This document shows, piece by piece, positions 56,168 through 64,000 of a DNA stretch of 64,000 bases. The DNA lies in NCBI GenBank assembly GCA_963796965.1, contig CAWCNS010000004.1:1-64000 (forward strand). The letters run 5' to 3'. This DNA comes from Calditrichia bacterium (GTDB lineage: Bacteria > Calditrichota > Calditrichia > JAJRVZ01). The position numbers were made by a program, and so were the translations under genes. The notes below the pieces were generated by a model that made no database searches, was not told the DNA's origin, and saw nothing but the letters and a program-made list of their open reading frames with translations. Each line of letters begins with the position of its first letter. Position 1 is the first letter of the stretch.

Positions 56168-56248
56168 ATTGGAATGGACTAGGAATTAGGAATTAGGAAA
56201 AATAATATGCTTAGAATTCCCAATTCCCAATTCCCAATTCCCAATCCC
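56168..56248. repeat. Inverted pair of 7-mer tracts (GGAATTA / AATTCCC)
   Basis: taggaattaggaattaggaa ... aattcccaattcccaattcccaattcccaatccc, between convergent genes. Confidence 0.8.
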
Positions 56249-56303
56249 GTGAAATATAATTACACAAAGATGATCAATTAATTATATCAATAGATGATGC
56301 AGC

Positions 56304-57286
56304 TTAATTTTTCTCCGGTGGGGTAGCCACCTTGGCAATTGTTTTGGCAACGGGTTTTACCGTTTTCAAAAAACGATAGATCGCTTTTAAATCATTATCT
56401 TTCATTTTCTGAAAAGCGGTCCAGGGCATGGGTGAAGTGTCATATATCTTTCCCGCTTTCATTCTGTCAATGAATGATTCTTCATCCCAATCGGCCATGA
56501 TACTGGTCTGTTTATCGGGTGTTATGTTAGGCGTGACATATATCCAACCCTGGGTGAGATCGTCCGGACCAAAGGTCATGCCCCCGGCATATTCCTTACC
56601 AATAAACTCACCCGTCTGCATGTCTCTGTCGGTGTGGCACCCCATGCAGTTGGCTACGGCATAGGCCAGATATTTACCGTATGCGACACTTGTATCTTCT
56701 TTAACACTTTTCATCACGGGTTTATCCGGCTGGCTTGGTTTTATTGCCCCAAAGGTTTTCAATGCCTTGCCCAGAAAAGTAAATTCTGTCTCAGGCATTT
56801 TATGTTTGACACTCTCCTGGCTTTTCAAATAAGCAATGATGGCATAAATATCTTCATCTGCCATGTTAAAAAAGGGCATGAAGTCAATAGCAGCCTGTCC
56901 ATCCGGGCGAATATTATAGCGGAGCATGCGAAATATTTGGCCATCGGTATATCTTCCTATTCCGGTTTCCTCATCCGGTGTGATATTTGGCGCATAAAAT
57001 ATCCCCGGCGGGATCTTCAGACCAAAACCACCCGACATGACCAGATCATCATCACCGTCATGCGATAATACTTTCTCAAAGGGACTATGACAATCGATAC
57101 AATGTGCCGGACCCTGAGTTAAATACCGGCCTCGTTCAATCATCGCCGAATCAGATCTAACTTTTAAATCTGAAAGAGGATAATCATCGTCGTAACTCTT
57201 ATCATAGGATGAATAAACGAATACCATAAAACCGGCGACAATAATTAAAACAATACTGAAATTCCCAATAGAATCTTCTTAAGCAT
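56304..57286 (-). CDS. Membrane-anchored diheme cytochrome c
   Basis: ERGRYL...CIDCH, GKYLA...CMGCH, two PNITPD motifs and MP axial-ligand motifs. The 5' end is frameshifted. Confidence 0.88.
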
Positions 57287-57471
57287 ATTTCCCCCCCTTG
57301 TAGATTTTGTAGTAATAAAAATATTAAAACTGAATTATTATTAATTTTTATTCCGGCGTGTATGCGGAGAAATATTTTAAAAAATTGGGCAACTTCGTTG
57401 CCACCTTCTCGTATATAAATTCACTTCCCATTTATTTTTTTCACTACCTTTTTTGTAGATAGGAGATTGTC

Positions 57472-58650
57472 ATGAAACGATTTTATCAAATCTTGTTACG
57501 GTTTTGCTTAGGTCTGATTTTATTCATACCGATCGCCATTACGGCTCAGAGTAATGTCGAAGATGTTATTCTTGGGAAATCAATTACATTTAAATCTGAT
57601 ATATTGGGTGAGGACCGGCAGATTATGATATATCTACCTACGGGATATGAGCAGACAGGCACTAACTATCCCGTATTGTATTTGTTAGACGGCCGTGCTC
57701 ATTTCCAACATGCCTCTTCCACCGTGCAGTTTTTATCGCGGAATGGCAGGATTCCTCAAATGATTGTTGTTGCAATTGTCAACGTTGATCGTACCCGAGA
57801 TTTTACGCCAACATCTATGGACAACCGACCCCAGAGTGGTGGTGCAAAAAAATTTATCTCTTTTATGCAAGATGAATTATTTCCCTACATAGAGAAAAAT
57901 TATCGAACTGCGCCCTATCGCTTGCTAGAAGGACATTCGTTAGGAGGTATGTTTTCCATCCATGTGCTTTTTAAACATCCCCAGATGTTTCAGGCACATT
58001 TTGCCATGAGTCCCTATATAATGTGGGATGGCAATTATAATTTATTCCAGGCCAATAAAAAACTACAGAATCCCATGGAATTTAAAAATTTTCTCTATAT
58101 AACCCTGGGAAATGAACCAAATTATGTGGAGCCATTAAAAGAATTTACCACCCTGTTGGAAACAAAAAAGCCAAAAGGGCTGGAGTGGCATTATACTGTG
58201 ATGGATAATGATAATCATGGAACGGTGCCATTAAAAAGCTTGTACAACGGGTTAGAATTACTTTATGAGAATTGGGCCCTCAAAGCAGCCGTTGCAGACC
58301 AGGGTATTGATGCGGTTCATGATCATTATAATAGCTTATCGGCTAAATATGGTTATAAAGTGGAAGTTCCTGAAAATGTGTTCAATGCTATGGGCTACCG
58401 TGCCATCAATCAGAAGAAAATTGATTTAGCCATCGAATATTTTTTACACAATGTTAAACTTTATCCCCAATCCGCAAATGTTTATGATAGTCTGGGAGAA
58501 GGATATGAGGCTGCCGGGGAGTTAGAATTGGCAAAGAAAAACTACCAGATTGCCGTAGAAAAGGGTACAGAGTCAGGAAATAATAATCTAGCAGTTTATG
58601 AAGAGCATCTGGATAATGTTACTCAAAAATTAAATAAGGCTAAATCGTGA
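57472..58650 (+). CDS. Secreted alpha/beta-hydrolase esterase (IroE/Fes-like) with C-terminal TPR
   Basis: YPVLYLLDG, RTRDFTP, GHSLGG; TPR NVKLYPQSANVYDSLGE. Confidence 0.88.
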   Translation: MKRFYQILLRFCLGLILFIPIAITAQSNVEDVILGKSITFKSDILGEDRQIMIYLPTGYEQTGTNYPVLYLLDGRAHFQHASSTVQFLSRNGRIPQMIVVAIVNVDRTRDFTPTSMDNRPQSGGAKKFISFMQDELFPYIEKNYRTAPYRLLEGHSLGGMFSIHVLFKHPQMFQAHFAMSPYIMWDGNYNLFQANKKLQNPMEFKNFLYITLGNEPNYVEPLKEFTTLLETKKPKGLEWHYTVMDNDNHGTVPLKSLYNGLELLYENWALKAAVADQGIDAVHDHYNSLSAKYGYKVEVPENVFNAMGYRAINQKKIDLAIEYFLHNVKLYPQSANVYDSLGEGYEAAGELELAKKNYQIAVEKGTESGNNNLAVYEEHLDNVTQKLNKAKS

Positions 58651-58914
58651 TATCTTATCATTCCCAGTCTTTTTTGTGAGATTTAAAACCGTAAAATTTT
58701 CTTTATATCCTTGCGTTGAAAAAAATAACCACAAGGACACGGAGATTATATTATTTTACGAATGACCTCCCCCTTTCATTCCCCTTCCTTACTAAGGAGG
58801 GAAACATGGGAGTGGTGATTGCTTAAAGTCAGTATGCTCTGTGGAAGCTGCGGCGCTGCGTGAACAAAAATTTAACAAAAAGCAGTCCCTCAACTGTATC
58901 CCTTCATTCTATCA

Positions 58915-60863
58915 TCAATTCGATACTGCTACAACATCTGATTCAAAATCATATTGTATATGATAAATAATATTATTTAAGGTCACACGAAGTTTCAATT
59001 GTTTTTCAGATTCTGATAAAACATCAGCTGTGTAAGTGGGAGGCTCATTATTTCGATATGGAATCGCCAGAGCAATAAAACGATAAACTTGTTTTCGATG
59101 CAAGGGGCGAATGGAAATAAATCGATTGGATTGTCTGGTTATCTCCCGGGTCGCCTGATAACTTGTTTGATGATTTTCAAAGCTGACAACGCGGTTATCT
59201 TGTCTGGTTGGACGTAAGAATTGGACATCCAATCGGGCATTTCCATTGGATAGCTTTATAATACCGGATGGATCTTCTGCAGCTTTCCCTTCATAATGCA
59301 TCAGCCATTCTATTTTGCGGATCTCATCTGCAGCGAGATCATCGACAATTACCACGAATTTGCCCTCTACCAATGCAATGTATCGTTGAAATCTTTTAAG
59401 CAGATGACCGTAAGCAGCATTTGCTTCTCCCACTGCGAATTGTAATTCATTTGATGACGAAAAATTTATGATGCTAGGCATCAAATGCTTCACCATATCC
59501 CTGTCCTTGGCCGTCAACAAGCAACGTATTATGTGCAATCGTATGATTACCTTCAAAGTCCCAGCGTTGATTTTTTGTATCAAAAAATCCCAGATAATGG
59601 GCATAAGGCCAATTGGGCTGATCAACCAGAAGCGGCTTCCCATGGGCATGAAGTATAAATGAATTTAAATCGAGATGGGAATGATTAACAAGAGACTTTC
59701 CGGTTTTTAGCCCAATAAAAATGGCATCATCATTCCAACTGCTGCGCATGGTGGCGACCTGAATCCCTTTAAAATATTTACCTAAATCAAGATTAAGTGG
59801 TTTGGATCCTGAAAGATCAGAATTGTAAAAGAGAATATCATGAATGCTAGTGCCTAAATCTTTTTCAGCACTCCATTGCCAGTAGGGATTGTTATAATGG
59901 GAAGCTAATAGCGCCATAAGCCAGGGTCTGGGTGGACCTATATTACAATCAGAAAAGTTAAAACATTCACCTCCGGGCGTACGGTTGTAGAGACCAAAAT
60001 CAGCAGTAACCTTTAAAAAGGGTAAATCATAGAGATTAACGGCCCCATCTGATACCCTATGAATGGCTTCGACAAACATCATTGCCTGACCGATGCCATA
60101 ACCCCAATAACTGACGCCTTCATTCCAGCCGCCATCAACCCCCCCATGATTCAGCACATCTACAACCCCATCGATGGCGTATTTAAGATTTTCCTTCACT
60201 TTTGGTGCTTTCTCAAGTAAAGCAAGGGTGACGACGCCCATTTCACCACAGATAACCGAGCGCCAATTATGCTCAGCTTTGGTCCACCCCTCAGATTTCG
60301 TTGTATAGACGTCATGGAAAGGTATCAGCGCCTGTTTTATAATGACATCTTCAATCGCCAGGCGTTCAATATCAGTTAAAACAGGATATAACCAATCATA
60401 ACAAAGGGCGAGTATGTAGGCAACGCCCGCAACACCCAAATCGACACGGCGGGGTTTATGCTCTTCATAAACCCAGTCATCCCATTGAACCATTTGGTTT
60501 ATAATCTCCCGGGCATAATTGGCATAGATTGATTTTTGGGTTATCGCATAGGCAAAAGATAACTTTTCAGATTCGGACCGGGCTTTGTAGCGGGAAAGAT
60601 TATAATCAGAATAATCAGGGATGGGGCGGATGATTAATGTATCGCATTCTGATAAAAAAGAGAGGATACGGGGATCCCCGGATAAATATTGCTCATGCAA
60701 TTTATTAAGACCATCTGAATCAAAATACAAACGAGGATGACCCGAATTCTCAGGAATCTCCCATTTTTCCAAATTATTGAGGAAAATTTCTTTGGTGGAT
60801 GCGTCTAAGGATAAGGGTAATAAAAAGAATGATGAGGGTTGTAAGTATAGGTTTAATAAGCAA
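58915..60863 (-). CDS. Heparinase II/III-like polysaccharide lyase (frameshifts)
   Basis: HPRLYF, HNW, DGGWNEGVSYWGY, FNFSD, MRSSW, HSHLDLNSF, HNTLLVDGQGQ. Confidence 0.85.
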
Positions 60864-60906
60864 AGGGTACTCCTTTGGGGCTTTTTTGCCTCTCCTGATA
60901 TAGTGG

Positions 60907-61167
60907 TTATCTATGTGTAAGGACCAAAAGTATAGTAACGATGTCTATGCTTATTATAAATATTCTTACATGTTTTGTCCAGCCATAAATTTTTTTAATG
61001 CCTTTTGATTCCTTTACAATAGAATCTATAACCTCCTTTATTTCAGGTTGTGCCTGAGTGAACGGATCCTTAATAAGATCCTGGCGGCCATGTCTTTGAT
61101 CTGAACATGAATCAAGGAGAAAAATGATTGAAAGAAAATAATCCAAGCCATTGATTTTGATTATCAT
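60907..61167 (-). pseudogene. Short, probably chimeric or degraded lipoprotein fragment
   Basis: GAGG plus ATG, a hydrophobic leader with SC, then an abrupt change of character. Weak support. Confidence 0.3.
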
Positions 61168-61439
61168 TTTATTACCTCACAATTGACATTTTAGATTATA
61201 ATACATCTATTTCGTATTGTTTTCATTAGATTGAAGAATGGTTATATTCAAAACAGATCTATCATTTTAATATATTGATACAGGTGAGGGTATACAATAA
61301 ATTACATTTTTCACAAAACGGAGTAACTAGTAACTATTAGCTATTTAAAATTATATAATTTAATCCTTTGCGTCTCTGCGACTTTGCGAGAGATAAAATG
61401 TTCGGGTTAATAAAAATTCTGAAAATAGGAGGGTCATTT

Positions 61440-62592
61440 ATGGGCAGTCATTTTTTTAAGTATATCTCGTTATTCACAATATATCTATTCACCTTTTCAA
61501 TGACTGTTTTGGCGCAGTCGCCATCTGATGAAAAACGGCAAGAAGTGTATCCTAAAGAGGTAGAACAATTCCTGAAGGGAATGTATAGCAAACAACACCA
61601 GGAATTTACCTTTCGTTTGAACTATCCAGGTGGTTTCAAAATGTGGCAGGCAGAAGCACGGCCAGAACTTTACCGTCTGATCGGTCTGAATAACATCACT
61701 GCCTATGCTGGTACTTTTAAGCCGAAGATCAGATTGTTAGAAAAGAAAGACCGGGAGAGCCATACGCTGCAAAAGGGCTTTATTGAAACAGAATCGCATG
61801 TAGAGATCCCTTTTTGGTTGCTCATTCCAAAAGGGGATGGTCCTTTTCCCCTGGCCATTTTACCTCATGGTCACGACAGTCGAGGTCATGATACACATGC
61901 GGCTGTTTATCATGATGAAGCTCATCGTCAGAAAACCCTTGCTGGTGACCGGGATGTGGCCGTACAGGCTGTTGAAAATGGATTTATTGCCATTGCACCG
62001 GCAATTCGCGGCTTGGCTAAAGAAGCCCCGGGTATTCCAGATATCCGAGACCGCCATGGAGACAGGGATTGTCGTAGTCAATTCATGCATTGTCTTCTTA
62101 GTGGCAGAACAGCGATTGGTGAGCGGGTATGGGATATGTCCCGGATCATCGACTGGGCAACAACTTTACCAGATGTTGATGCTAGCACAATTCTGATGAT
62201 GGGAAATTCTGGCGGTGGAATGGTAACTCTCTTTGCAGCCTGCCTGTGACAAACGTATTACAATTGCTGTACCCAGTTGTTCCTTTTCTGTTCTTACCAG
62301 TCCTGAGGGTTATATATATCATTGTGATTGTAATGCCATACCGGGAATTCTTCAATGGGGTAATCTCTATGATGTGGCCGGTCTTATAGCCCCAAGATTC
62401 CTGCTCACAGTAAATGGTATGAAGGACAAATTGCACTCTGTTGACGATATAAATCGCGCAGCAGATCGTGTAAGGGTAATCTATAGTGCCGCAGACGTAC
62501 CATCCCATTATGAACATCGCTGGGGAACGGAAGGGCACCGTTTTTATAAAGATTTGATGTGGCCATTTATCAACCAGAGCCGATTAAAATGA
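61440..62592 (+). CDS. Secreted alpha/beta hydrolase (dienelactone hydrolase/esterase-like; frameshift near 62240)
   Basis: GGAGG RBS; PHGH, GERVWD, MGNSGGG nucleophile, HCDCNAIPG, LIAPR, GHRFY. Confidence 0.85.
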
Positions 62593-62604
62593 TCGGCCTG
62601 GTTG

Positions 62605-62660
62605 AAAACTCTAAATCCCAAGTTCTAAACTCTAAAGAATATAAAAATCCAAATTCAAAA
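62605..62660. repeat. Degenerate 7-mer tract
   Basis: aaactctaaatcccaagttctaaactctaaag. Confidence 0.6.
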
Positions 62661-62882
62661 AAATCATAGACAATTTCTAAAATTGAATAGGTGAAATTCT
62701 ACCAACTATATTTAGACAATAGTTCAATTGCCTGGTTAGATTCTCACATTTATGATAATTAAAATGTCATTACCTGAGTACTTATTCAAGAATAAATAAT
62801 AATTAATAATAACAATGTATTGATCCTTAGTATGATCTCTAAACTTACCAGATAGTGGGTAGATAGCAAGTACAGGCATTAT

Positions 62883-63644
62883 CTATTCAAACACACTTAC
62901 CAACTCCTGATAGTTATCATGAACCACATCAATGGCCTCAACAACCTTTTCTTTTACCGCCTCTTCTTTTGTGATTTCGTTTAGTTTCATTAATGATTCT
63001 CTTAAAGCAAGTTTGGCCCGGTCATAGGCTTTTTGTTTGTCTTTAAGACGTGCTGGTAACTCTGCTTTTTCTATCGGTTCCATTCGTGCGATCAGTTCTG
63101 TTGTTGAAATCTTGATTTTGGACAGATCATAATCTGGGAGATAATAATGGTAAAGCATATATAGTTCCTGGTGAAAACGATCAATCTCCTTCATAACCGG
63201 TCGGATCAAACGGACCAACTTTTCAAACTGGCTGTGCAGATCTTCAGCTGCTTTTAGTAAATTATCTTTTTGGTCTGCAGCGGCCGTCTTCTTATAGGTA
63301 TCAATAATTTCTGACATATCCAGAATCCCTTTTTCCCAGGCCTCCTGTTTGTCACGTAGAATACCAGGCAAAGATACCTTCTCCAGTTTCTTAAATCCCG
63401 ATTCGATCTCGGGGATCAATTCTTTAAGCATTTCGGTGTTTTTTTCCGGCCAGGCCTCATGCCAGATCTGATAGATAACTTCATGAAAGTCCCAAAGTTC
63501 AGGCACGTCGGAACTGGTTTCGGCCTTAATCGCATGCCCCTGTATATCGTTTTTTTCTGTCGTCGTTTTATTGTTTTCTTTGTCACCACAGGCAGAAGTA
63601 CTTAAAAATAACAGAACGACGCATATAGATTTCCAGGAATCCAT
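62883..63644 (-). CDS. All-helical lipoprotein with a duplicated His-containing module
   Basis: Lipobox TSAC; FHEVIYQIWH...LHSQFEKL repeated as FHQELYMLYH...VHDNYQEL. Confidence 0.7.
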   Translation of the reverse strand: MDSWKSICVVLLFLSTSACGDKENNKTTTEKNDIQGHAIKAETSSDVPELWDFHEVIYQIWHEAWPEKNTEMLKELIPEIESGFKKLEKVSLPGILRDKQEAWEKGILDMSEIIDTYKKTAAADQKDNLLKAAEDLHSQFEKLVRLIRPVMKEIDRFHQELYMLYHYYLPDYDLSKIKISTTELIARMEPIEKAELPARLKDKQKAYDRAKLALRESLMKLNEITKEEAVKEKVVEAIDVVHDNYQELVSVFE

Positions 63645-63922
63645 ATTTTCTCCTTTCAAGATATTTAAATACAAATCATCTAAAGATATTAACGGTATAT
63701 TTGAATTTAAAAAGATAAAGGATAAAAGAAAAATACATAAGGTGAGATTGAGATGTTAGCGAATTAATAAACAATTTTTTTTAATAAAACATATAATTTT
63801 TAAGAAATCTTTATATGTTCAATAGTGGCTGGATAAAAAGCAATTGTATTGACGCCATCTGTCTATTAATTTTATAAAATATTGTGCAAGGGTTTTAATA
63901 ACTTAAAGCACATGAACTGAAT

Positions 63923-64000
63923 ATGATCATAAAAAAAACATCATTATTTCCTATCCTATATCTTTTACTATTCATCCTGTTCTCACAGGCTATCGCGCAG
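63923..64000 (+). CDS. Start of a secreted protein running off the window
   Basis: MIIKKTSLFPILYLLLFILFSQAIAQ signal peptide. Confidence 0.55.
   Translation, partial: MIIKKTSLFPILYLLLFILFSQAIAQ

Noticed and set aside
1..64000. Prophage, intact IS, integron integrase, rRNA or tRNA
   Set aside because: No phage structural, transposase or tyrosine-recombinase motifs in the ORF track, and no tRNA or rRNA-like sequence noticed by eye. A tRNAscan or Infernal run would be needed to be certain.

Overview
AT-rich bacterial chromosomal window with about 45 genes. No rRNA, tRNA, CRISPR array, intact transposase or integrase was recognised. Two secreted proteins end in a 'QNYPNPFNPSTTI...KKMILLR' C-terminal sorting domain and one in a 'VVPNPY...' domain, and there is a kinase-TM-TPR protein. 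This suggests an FCB-related lineage such as Calditrichota/KSB1 (inference). About half the genes are split by small frameshifts, most simply read as unpolished long-read errors. Content: glycan catabolism (GH38, GH92, two Tat-exported Gfo/Idh/MocA oxidoreductases, a HEAT protein, an NHL protein, a heparinase II/III-like lyase), peptidase and esterases, a Na+/H+ antiporter, a PEP-utiliser/PNPOx-like pair, two toxin-antitoxin loci, a diheme cytochrome c and a ~15-heme cytochrome c with a secretion tail. The intergenic DNA is highly structured. It holds two integron attC-like sites with no integrase (one bounding a hicAB cassette whose toxin has a nonsense codon), two degenerate 23-bp-period arrays sharing an ATCTATAGAT-like core, a 60-nt two-hairpin element with compensatory changes, a 159-bp non-coding duplication, IS-end scars, 7-mer tracts, REP-like palindromes and many short gene remnants.
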